Part shown: positions 56,696 through 64,000 of the stretch, piece by piece
Position numbering within the stretch: the first letter of the stretch is position 1
How the letters are laid out: each line of letters opens with the position of its first letter
Source: Candidatus Woesebacteria bacterium RIFCSPLOWO2_01_FULL_44_24b
GTDB taxonomy: Bacteria; Patescibacteriota; Microgenomatia; UBA8517
DNA length: 64,000 nucleotides
NCBI GenBank assembly: GCA_001793235.1
Contig: MGHM01000014.1
Location: 3,857 to 67,856, forward strand
Direction of reading: 5' to 3'
Position numbers and translations under genes: made by a program
The notes under the pieces: generated by a model
The model's input: only the letters and a program-made list of their open reading frames with translations
Databases searched by the model: none
What the model was told of the DNA's origin: nothing

Positions 56696-57574
56696 ATGAC
56701 TAAACTTTCTGTGGTCCTTGCGACAAAAAATGAACAAGAAAATATTGGGCGGTGCCTTAAGTCGGTTAGAAGTATTGCCAATGAAATAATCGTGTTTGAT
56801 GAGTATTCAACTGATAAAACTCGCGAGATTGCGAAGAGCTTCGGCGCAAGAGTTTTTAAAGTTTCTCATGAGCCGATATTTCATATTACCAAACAGAAGG
56901 CAATTGATAAGGCCACCGGAGATTGGATTCTTCAGTTAGACGCGGACGAAGTAGTGACTCCTGAGTTGGCCAATGAAATAAAAGAAGTCTTAAGGATGTC
57001 CGATAGTGAGATCCTGAAACGAAAAGTGCCAGAGCTATTTATGCGGCACCAGAGGCTATTAGAAAGAGAGGGAAGCTTGCCCCAAGCGAAGTCCCGCCAA
57101 GCGGGACGAAGTGGGGTTGTGGCATTTTTTATTCCAAGACGCAATATGTTTCTGGGAAAACCCTTAATTCATGCAGGAGTTTACCCCGATCCTTCAATTA
57201 GATTGATTAAAAGAGGTAAGGCAAGGCTTCCCGGCAAGTCAGTCCACGAGATAATGGAGGTTGATGGGCAAGTTTCGTGGCTCGTGAACGATATGTTGCA
57301 CTACGACTCCCCCACTTTAGAGAGGTATTTAAATAGATTGAACAGGTATACTGATTTGCATGCAGAGGAGCTGAAAAGCAAAAAAGTAAAATTAAATTTC
57401 TTTAGTCTATTGAACTACTCTTTCGTTAAACCTACGATTGTTTTCTTTAAGTTGTATTTTCGGCACAGGGGATACCTGGATGGCATGAGAGGCTTTGTGT
57501 GGTGTCTGTTTTCTAGTCTGCATTTCCCGATTGCTTATTTTAAATATTATTCCAATGAAAAAAATCGCAGTTGA
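56696..57574 (+). CDS. GT2, WaaE/KdtX type, with an internal insertion
   Basis: KNEQENI, DEYSTD, LDADE, YPDPSIRL, VHE, YLDG. Confidence 0.85.
   Translation: MTKLSVVLATKNEQENIGRCLKSVRSIANEIIVFDEYSTDKTREIAKSFGARVFKVSHEPIFHITKQKAIDKATGDWILQLDADEVVTPELANEIKEVLRMSDSEILKRKVPELFMRHQRLLEREGSLPQAKSRQAGRSGVVAFFIPRRNMFLGKPLIHAGVYPDPSIRLIKRGKARLPGKSVHEIMEVDGQVSWLVNDMLHYDSPTLERYLNRLNRYTDLHAEELKSKKVKLNFFSLLNYSFVKPTIVFFKLYFRHRGYLDGMRGFVWCLFSSLHFPIAYFKYYSNEKNRS
57080..57116. repeat. GC-rich palindromic element inserted in frame in a GT2 gene
   Basis: cccc aagcgaa GTCCCGC caa GCGGGAC gaagt gggg; cgaagt is directly repeated at 57087-57092 and 57107-57112. Confidence 0.7.
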
Positions 57575-58589
57575 CACACTACCTTTGGTTTCGGGGCATG
57601 CGGCACGGGGAATGGGTGTGTATGTCCGAAACCTCCTAAAGCACTTGAACAAAAAAGTAGACAGTTTCTTGTTTTTGGAAAACATGGATAAGCTTCACGA
57701 TTACGACGTTATCCATTACCCATACTTTGATCTTTTCTATCACACTTTGCCGATTGCGAAACAGGCAAAAACTGTTGTGACCATTCCGGATGTGACACCG
57801 CTTTTGTACCCCAAGTACTATCCACCGGGCTTAAAAGGGAGTATTAATTTCATCTTTCAGAAAATTGCTTTGAGAAATATAAATGCGGTGATTACCATAT
57901 CCGAAACTTCAAAAAAAGATATTGTTCGTTTTCTTAATATTTCAGCCGACAGAGTATTTGTAACCAAGTTGGCAAGTAATTTTAAAATAGTTAAGAAACC
58001 CGAGCAGTTTATATCTAAAGTTAAGTTACGATATAAATTACCAGATGAGTTTGTTTTATATATTGGGGATGTAAATTGGAATAAAAACCTGCTTCGATTG
58101 ATTAAAGCGGTTAAAAAAATAAATAGAACACTTGTGATAGTGGGTAAGAGTGCAGTGAACATAGATTACGATAAAAATCACATTGAAAATGCTCCTTTGC
58201 GGGAGATTCAGGAAAAATATGGGAAAGATAAAGAAGTCATGAGGCTTGGTTTTGTGCCGGACGAAGATTTAAATGCAATTTGGCAATTGGCCACGGTTTA
58301 CTGCATGCCTTCTTTATATGAAGGTTTCGGGCTTTCAGTAGTTGAGGCCATGGATGCGGGAGTGCCCTTGGTGTGCTCAAGAACTCAAGCTCTAGTGGAA
58401 GTTGCAGGTGACGCGGCCGAGTATTTTGATCCGTATTCTGTGGATGATATTGCGAGAAAACTTGCGAAAGTTATTTCAGATAAACAGCTACAAAAGGAAC
58501 TTGTTTTAAAAGGTAAAAGTATGGCAAAAGATTATTCCTGGCAAAAAACCGCAAAACAAACTTTAGAAGTATATGAAAGCTTACGCTAA
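57555..58589 (+). CDS. GT4 glycosyltransferase (mannosyltransferase MtfB-like)
   Basis: RGMGVY, TIPD, ISETSKKD, KNL, PSLYEGFGLSVVEAM. Confidence 0.9.
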   Translation: MKKIAVDTLPLVSGHAARGMGVYVRNLLKHLNKKVDSFLFLENMDKLHDYDVIHYPYFDLFYHTLPIAKQAKTVVTIPDVTPLLYPKYYPPGLKGSINFIFQKIALRNINAVITISETSKKDIVRFLNISADRVFVTKLASNFKIVKKPEQFISKVKLRYKLPDEFVLYIGDVNWNKNLLRLIKAVKKINRTLVIVGKSAVNIDYDKNHIENAPLREIQEKYGKDKEVMRLGFVPDEDLNAIWQLATVYCMPSLYEGFGLSVVEAMDAGVPLVCSRTQALVEVAGDAAEYFDPYSVDDIARKLAKVISDKQLQKELVLKGKSMAKDYSWQKTAKQTLEVYESLR

Positions 58590-59814
58590 GAAAGTCATTA
58601 CCAATCCTTTATTTTCCGGCAGCGCCATAATGGTTTTTGGAAGCAATTTGGGAAACTTCTTTGCCTATATTTATCATTTTGTCATCGGGCGGTTACTTTC
58701 TCCCGCAGAATATGGAGAAGTTGGTGCGATATTATCATTCTTAGGATTGTTATCTGTTCTGATCTCTTTCATGGGTCTTGTCATTGTAAAATTTGTATCT
58801 TCCGCAAAAGAGAACGAGCTAGATGGTGTATTTTCCTGGTTTTATAAGGCAAGTGTAAAATTTGCAATCCTTGTTGCAGTGTTAATCATGCTTATGAGCC
58901 CATTAATTTCACAATTTTTACATATAGACATTTTAATCATTGCCTTGATGGGACCTATTTTTTTGATTTCCACTTTAACTTTTATATTAAAATCTTTTCT
59001 GCAGGGGCTGCTACGATTTAAAATTCTGGTTATTTCAACCAATATTCAAATTATTATGAGATTGTTGTCAGGGGCAATGCTGATACTGTTGGGCTTTTCT
59101 GTGTTTGGGGCAATAATGGGTTACCTTTTGGCCGGCCTTATAGACTTCTTTTTTGTAAGGTGGATATTAAAGGAGTTTAGGACTAAGAAAGCAAAAAATT
59201 TGTTCAAAAAAAACCGAGAGGTGTTTCTCTATGCCATCCCCATATTTATTTCGTCGTTCTTTACTTACGCTCTCATTTCTATTGATGTGATTGTAGTTAA
59301 ACACTACTTTTCGGCAGATGATGCAGGAGTCTATATTGTGTTGTCTACCCTAAGTCGCATAGTCTTTTTTGCGGTAGCACCAATTTCCGGTGTGATGTTT
59401 CCCATAATTGCAAAAAGAAAAGCTTCCGGCCTTGCTTATAAGTCTGTCTTTAGACTGAGTGTTTTATTATCTTCCGCAGTGATTGTTGGACTATTAATAA
59501 TTTACAAACTGCTCCCGACTTTGGTTGTTGGCATACTTTATGGACCAGGGCGTTATTCAGAAGCATATCCACTTCTTCCATGGGCAGGGCTTTTTGTCGC
59601 TCTTTTTGCATTGGCATCATTGGTAACAAATTATTGTCTTTCTTTGAATATGACCAAAGTGGTTGTCTTGTTGCCTTTTGCTCTCTTGACCCAGATTATT
59701 GGCTTTGTTTTGTTCCACGAGACGCTAATGAGTATCATACTTGTGTCAATCGTAGCAACCGGGGCCTTACTGCTTACGCTGTTAGGAAGAATTGCTTATG
59801 AGAGGGAAATCTGA
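58573..59814 (+). CDS. Second Wzx-like oligosaccharide flippase
   Basis: GRLLSPAEYG, LQGLLRF, IDVIVVKHYF..DAGVY, VMFP; about 12 TMs. Confidence 0.85.
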   Translation: MKAYAKKVITNPLFSGSAIMVFGSNLGNFFAYIYHFVIGRLLSPAEYGEVGAILSFLGLLSVLISFMGLVIVKFVSSAKENELDGVFSWFYKASVKFAILVAVLIMLMSPLISQFLHIDILIIALMGPIFLISTLTFILKSFLQGLLRFKILVISTNIQIIMRLLSGAMLILLGFSVFGAIMGYLLAGLIDFFFVRWILKEFRTKKAKNLFKKNREVFLYAIPIFISSFFTYALISIDVIVVKHYFSADDAGVYIVLSTLSRIVFFAVAPISGVMFPIIAKRKASGLAYKSVFRLSVLLSSAVIVGLLIIYKLLPTLVVGILYGPGRYSEAYPLLPWAGLFVALFALASLVTNYCLSLNMTKVVVLLPFALLTQIIGFVLFHETLMSIILVSIVATGALLLTLLGRIAYEREI

Positions 59815-60613
59815 GAACATAAAAATTTCTGTAATCATGCCGGCATACAAGACAGAGAAGGTAATCAAAGAGTCATTGCTTCGTGCTAAAGATGTGCTAG
59901 AAGGAATGGGCTATGATTATGAAATAATTTGTGTGGTTGATGGCAGGCTCGACAAAACTTGGGAGGTCGGGAAGAAAATGGCAAAGAAATATTCAAGGAA
60001 AATTAAGGTAGTTGGTTATAAAAACAACTTGGGCAAAGGACATGCGGTTCGCTATGGTATGGCTAGAAGCAGTGGCGATATTGTTGGATTTCTAGATGTT
60101 GGTTTGGATTTAAAAACCGAAAGTCTCAAAATGCTGCTTTCCCACTTTGAATGGTATGAGGCAGATATTATCGTTGGTTCTAAACGCCATCCGGTATCTA
60201 AGGTTACATATCCCTGGCAGAGAAAAATAATGTCTTACGCTTATCAGTTGTTGGTGCGAGTTCTTTTCGGCTTGAAAATAAAAGACACGCAAGTGGGTAT
60301 GAAGTTTTTCAGGAGAGAAGTTTTAGAGCGCACTCTGCCCAGGCTTTTGGTTAAAACCTTTGCGTTTGATGTTGAAATGTTGGCTGTTGCAAATTACCTT
60401 GGTTTTACCAGAATTTACGAAGCCCCAATCGATTTAAAGATGGACTTTAAATCTTCAAGTATTGTATCGAAGGGCTTTGCAAACACAATATTTCTGATGC
60501 TAATGGACACACTAGCCGTCTTTTATAGACTTAGAATACTCGATTATTACAACACTAAAAACAAAAAAAATTGGATTACTTCTGATCATCTGACAATCAA
60601 GAACTCCATATGA
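59798..60613 (+). CDS. Polyprenol-phosphate sugar synthase-like GT2 (atypical DxD region FLDVGLD)
   Basis: PAYK, VVDG, NLGKGHAV, GSKRHP, DTQVGMKFF, FDVEML. Confidence 0.82.
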   Translation: MRGKSENIKISVIMPAYKTEKVIKESLLRAKDVLEGMGYDYEIICVVDGRLDKTWEVGKKMAKKYSRKIKVVGYKNNLGKGHAVRYGMARSSGDIVGFLDVGLDLKTESLKMLLSHFEWYEADIIVGSKRHPVSKVTYPWQRKIMSYAYQLLVRVLFGLKIKDTQVGMKFFRREVLERTLPRLLVKTFAFDVEMLAVANYLGFTRIYEAPIDLKMDFKSSSIVSKGFANTIFLMLMDTLAVFYRLRILDYYNTKNKKNWITSDHLTIKNSI

Positions 60614-62547
60614 AGAAGTTGGTAATTGCTGTTTTTACGGCGATTAGCATAGCTCTACTTATAGTAAAAGTTGCTAGCGCTCAAGAAAATAAATTTATAA
60701 CAGTTGTGAATCCTGTGCGTGTTGCGCCTTATACCGCCGCAGTTTCAGAGAATCTTGCCGCACAGTATAAACTCACCGGTGGATTGGGAATCCCAGCAAC
60801 TTGGCTTGTAACCTATGATGTATTGGAAGACGAAAGTGCAGTTAACGTATTATTGAATTTCGACAAGTCCCATGAAATTGGTTTATTTCTTGAAGTTACC
60901 AAGGGACTTGCTGCCGACTCGGGCATATCATACCCGGAAGGTGCATGGCATTTTTCGAACATTGTATTTCTAAGCGGTTATATTCAGGACGAGAGAGTTA
61001 AATTAATAGACACTCTTTTTGAGAAATACTACGAGATTTTTGGCACTTATCCGAAATCAGTAGGCTCATGGTGGACGGATAGTTTCTCACTAAAATATAT
61101 ACATGAGAAATATGGGGTGATAGCAAACTTGACTGTAGCCGACCAGTTTTCAACTGATAGATATCAGGTTTGGGGGCAGTATTGGGCAATGCCATATTAC
61201 CCCTCGAAATTTCATTCTGCGATTCCAGCTTCCAGCACTGAGAATAGGCTTCCGGTAGTTATGCTTCAATGGGCGCCGCGCGACCCGATAAGTGGTTATT
61301 ACAGTAGTCTTTATAGTACACAGGATTATTATACCGGGGAAGTAGATGGGGATATTTCTTATTTTAAAAAGCTAATGTCGCTTTACTTGAACGAGGCTGG
61401 TGAATTCGGCCAAGTGACCATAGGCTTAGAGGGGGATTTAACTCCAGATGTATATAGTGGTCTCTATAAAACGTGGCTCGAAACTGCCAAGGAGTTTGTT
61501 GATAGCGGAGAGACAAGGACTATAACCATGAGTGGTTTCAGTGACTGGTATCGTGCTAATTATCCCATACTATCCCCGGCGCATCTTATTTATGCTAAGG
61601 ATTTGCTTGGTAAAAACAGAGAAATTATTTGGTACCAGAATCCAAAATATAGGGTAGCGATCCTGTCGGATAACAAAGTTAATGAAATAAAAATATTTGA
61701 CCTAAGAATTTATTTGGAGGGCTTTTATGAACCATATTATCACTGGCCAAACAGAAGTTTTGATTTGGCTATCAATGTGCCTTCTGTTTATGATGAAGTG
61801 AGTAATGAGCAAAGTGTGCTGGTACTTAGAAACGACAGTTTTAAAAATATTTCCAGAGAATCAGGCGAAGTAGTAGTTGAGCTGTCGTCCAGAAAAAAAA
61901 TTAATTTACATGATGATAAGCCTGAGATCGTTAATGAAGATGGCTCGGTAGTTCAATTGATTAAACCAGTAAACTTGGACGCTTACAGCTTTCGCGACTT
62001 AACTCCCGAGGCTAGTCATTTAGTAAAATCCAAAAAGTTATTGCTGGGTCTTGTATTAGTTATGATTATAATTGTTTATTTATTGTATAGACTTAGGTCT
62101 AAGAAGATATTGGTATTCATCCTGTCAATAGTCGTTGCCTTGGGTGTTTATTTATACTTTAATAATACGGAAGAATATTTGGTTAGCCAAGCTGAAATGG
62201 ATGTTTTGAGAAAACTAAGCGAAGAGAAAGGAAAAGCGGTGCTTGTGTACGATAAGGAATGCCTTCAATGTGAGTGGTATGGGGATGTAAAACCAGCGGT
62301 TTTTGCAAATAAAAGAAAATATGTGGAAAAGCTCAGCGGGCATAAGGTAGTATTGAATAAGGCCTTTTTTGAAGAAAAGGATCTAGAGAAAGCTAAAAGC
62401 GCATTTACCAAACTTAAAATCGATTACATTTATTTAGTAAGCTACGGATATTATATAGAGAAATTGCCGGTGTCTCCTGGAGATATAAACGTAGAGAAAG
62501 TTTACGCTAACGCTAACGCCGAGCTTTGGAGAGTAAAAAATGATTAA
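60610..62547 (+). CDS. Exported CE4/GH-like barrel protein with two TMs and a GT-C-type C-terminal domain
   Basis: Signal peptide; IPATWL, HEIGLFLE, FGTYPKSVGSW; two TMs near aa 480-520; C-terminal IDYIYLV...AELWRV. Confidence 0.55.
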   Translation: MKKLVIAVFTAISIALLIVKVASAQENKFITVVNPVRVAPYTAAVSENLAAQYKLTGGLGIPATWLVTYDVLEDESAVNVLLNFDKSHEIGLFLEVTKGLAADSGISYPEGAWHFSNIVFLSGYIQDERVKLIDTLFEKYYEIFGTYPKSVGSWWTDSFSLKYIHEKYGVIANLTVADQFSTDRYQVWGQYWAMPYYPSKFHSAIPASSTENRLPVVMLQWAPRDPISGYYSSLYSTQDYYTGEVDGDISYFKKLMSLYLNEAGEFGQVTIGLEGDLTPDVYSGLYKTWLETAKEFVDSGETRTITMSGFSDWYRANYPILSPAHLIYAKDLLGKNREIIWYQNPKYRVAILSDNKVNEIKIFDLRIYLEGFYEPYYHWPNRSFDLAINVPSVYDEVSNEQSVLVLRNDSFKNISRESGEVVVELSSRKKINLHDDKPEIVNEDGSVVQLIKPVNLDAYSFRDLTPEASHLVKSKKLLLGLVLVMIIIVYLLYRLRSKKILVFILSIVVALGVYLYFNNTEEYLVSQAEMDVLRKLSEEKGKAVLVYDKECLQCEWYGDVKPAVFANKRKYVEKLSGHKVVLNKAFFEEKDLEKAKSAFTKLKIDYIYLVSYGYYIEKLPVSPGDINVEKVYANANAELWRVKND

Positions 62548-63001
62548 TGATTTTTTTCTTGCCTTTACTAACTCAGTTCAGAGTGGTCTATTTCTAGACG
62601 AAATATTGCATGGAGTCGTTACCCTTCCGTTCGTAGCTTTTCTATATTACAAAACCAAATCAATAAAATATTCTCTGATTCCGCTTGCAGTTACATATTT
62701 AATAGATATGGACCATTGGGTAGATTATTTCTTGTTTTATGGAGCAAATCCAAGTCTCGCTCGATTTGTATCCGGAACTTATTTTGAAGTAACCAAGCGA
62801 GCCATTGTTCCCCTGCATGCTTGGGAATGGTTATTAGGAATAATTGCGCTTTCACTGGAGCAAAAAAAATGGCAAAGCATTTATGTTGCCGTGGCGTTGG
62901 GAATGCTGGCTCATTTCTTGTGGGATAGTCACACGATTGGGAATCCGATTTTTTATTCGATCCTTTACCGGATTTACTATGGATTTATAATTATTACATG
63001 A
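62540..63001 (+). CDS. Membrane-bound metal-dependent hydrolase (YdjM/DUF457-like)
   Basis: H...LIDMDH, PLHAWE, HFLWD in a TM scaffold. Confidence 0.7.
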   Translation: MINDFFLAFTNSVQSGLFLDEILHGVVTLPFVAFLYYKTKSIKYSLIPLAVTYLIDMDHWVDYFLFYGANPSLARFVSGTYFEVTKRAIVPLHAWEWLLGIIALSLEQKKWQSIYVAVALGMLAHFLWDSHTIGNPIFYSILYRIYYGFIIIT

Positions 63002-63171
63002 ATATTTTGATCTTGTCCTGGAGGGGACTAGGCCACCCAAATGCAGGTGGGGCAGAGGCTGCAACTTATGAACATGTAAGGGCTTAGATTAGTGCTGGGC
63101 ACAATGTTACTCTTTTTACAGCTTATTTTGAATGCTCAATATGCGTCAGTTTTATAGAAAGTTTCATATGA
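62998..63171 (+). pseudogene. GT4 glycosyltransferase remnant (nonsense codon plus large internal deletion)
   Basis: MNILILSWRGLGHPNAGGAEAATYEHVRA*ISAGHNVTLFTAYF...FIESFI*; TAG at 63085-63087 where Trp would fit; only 57 codons before the final TGA. Confidence 0.75.
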
Positions 63172-64000
63172 AGAGAGATAAAAAGCAAAAAATAGCCTTT
63201 ATAACAGGAGTCACGGGGCAAGACGGCTCATATTTAGCCGAACTTCTTCTTCGCAAAAATTATGAAGTGCACGGAATGGTAAGAAGAAGCAGCACATTTA
63301 ACACCACTAGAATTGATCACCTTTACAAAGACCCGCATAAAAAAGGTGTTAATCTTTTTCTTCATTATGGAGATGTAACAGATTCAAATACTGTTTATAA
63401 GCTTTTGGGGGAAATTAGACCAGATGAAATTTACAATCTTGCGGCGCAGAGCCATGTCCGGGTTAGTTTCGACCTGCCTGAATATACTGTGAACACCGTA
63501 GCTATCGGAACGCTCCGATTACTTGAGGTTATTCGAGATCTGAAATTAGAATCCAGATTTTATCAAGCTTCCAGTAGCGAGATGTTTGGGGACGCTAAGC
63601 CACCTCAAAGTGAATGGACACCCTTTCAGCCAAGAAGTCCTTATGCGGCGGCAAAAGTATTAGCCCATCAGCTGGTTGGTGTTTATAGAGATGCATATGG
63701 AATTTTTGCATGCGGCGGGATACTTTTTAATCATGAGTCTCCGCGGCGAGGCGAGACTTTTTTAACGAGAAAAGTAACTTTGGGAGTTGCTAATATCTTG
63801 GCAAAGAAGCAGGATAAGCTTTATCTTGGAAACATGGATGCAAAGCGCGACTGGGGTTTTGCACCAGAATACGTTCGCGCCATGTGGATGATGATGCAGA
63901 AAAAGAAAGCAGATGATTTTGTGATCGCAACTGGAGAAAGCCACAGCGTTTCCGAATTTGTGGAACTGGCATTTGGTCTAGTGGGGTTAAATTGGAAGAG
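63168..64000 (+). CDS. gmd: GDP-mannose 4,6-dehydratase, truncated by the window end
   Basis: Not in the ORF track. [58 protein letters not shown]. Confidence 0.97.
   Translation, partial: MKRDKKQKIAFITGVTGQDGSYLAELLLRKNYEVHGMVRRSSTFNTTRIDHLYKDPHKKGVNLFLHYGDVTDSNTVYKLLGEIRPDEIYNLAAQSHVRVSFDLPEYTVNTVAIGTLRLLEVIRDLKLESRFYQASSSEMFGDAKPPQSEWTPFQPRSPYAAAKVLAHQLVGVYRDAYGIFACGGILFNHESPRRGETFLTRKVTLGVANILAKKQDKLYLGNMDAKRDWGFAPEYVRAMWMMMQKKKADDFVIATGESHSVSEFVELAFGLVGLNWK

Noticed and set aside
60563-60570. Homopolymer runs (A8 here, other A/T and G6-7 runs) as phase-variation tracts
   Set aside because: They are short, expected in AT-rich Lys/Phe codons, and all host ORFs are in frame.
62503-62520. 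tacgctaacgctaacgcc short repeat
   Set aside because: 6-bp codon-level repeat (YANANA) with no heptamer periodicity; probably chance.
63085-63087. In-frame TAG as possible readthrough or recoding
   Set aside because: Other genes here end in TAG normally, and readthrough would still give only a 57-aa fragment. Pseudogenisation is simpler.
1-64000. Alternative genetic code (TGA = Gly, code 25)
   Set aside because: TGA terminates many genes at expected lengths, often in ATGA overlaps.
1-64000. CRISPR array, tRNA/rRNA, IS element, integrase or DGR (RT, TR/VR pair)
   Set aside because: Intergenic gaps are mostly under 100 bp, and no spaced direct repeats, long near-identical repeat pairs, transposase or RT motifs were seen by eye.

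Overview
A gene-dense 64-kb window, almost all on the + strand, in standard genetic code 11 (TGA is a stop). It is dominated by a very large cell-surface glycosylation locus, and gene content and compactness suggest a Patescibacteria/CPR genome, probably Microgenomates (inference). From left to right: a truncated Phd/YefM antitoxin; a four-gene minor type IV pilin set (H/I/J/K order) whose last two members carry a PA14 lectin domain and a vWA domain; CAP-domain, YkuK RNase H-like and HEXXH proteins; and rmlABCD. Next come a GT-C / CE4 deacetylase / processive GT2 / 31-aa peptide / GH18 cassette and an orphan trmD. The remaining ~48 kb is mostly glycosyltransferases. Window totals are 17 GT-C-fold membrane enzymes, 12 GT2 (5 polyprenol-P-sugar synthase-like), 2 intact GT4 plus a GT4 remnant, 2 Wzx-like flippases and a partial gmd. 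Nucleotide-hydrolase genes are interleaved: three DHH/DHHA1 paralogs, a Nudix, an HTH-Nudix-like protein and a MazG-like protein. Below gene level there are at least 9 in-frame heptamer repeat patches and 2 palindromic in-frame insertions inside coding sequences, plus a recurring -10 hexamer lying 5-9 nt before start codons, including a symmetric bidirectional promoter. No rRNA, tRNA, CRISPR array or transposase was seen. All family calls come from motif recognition by eye, not database searches.
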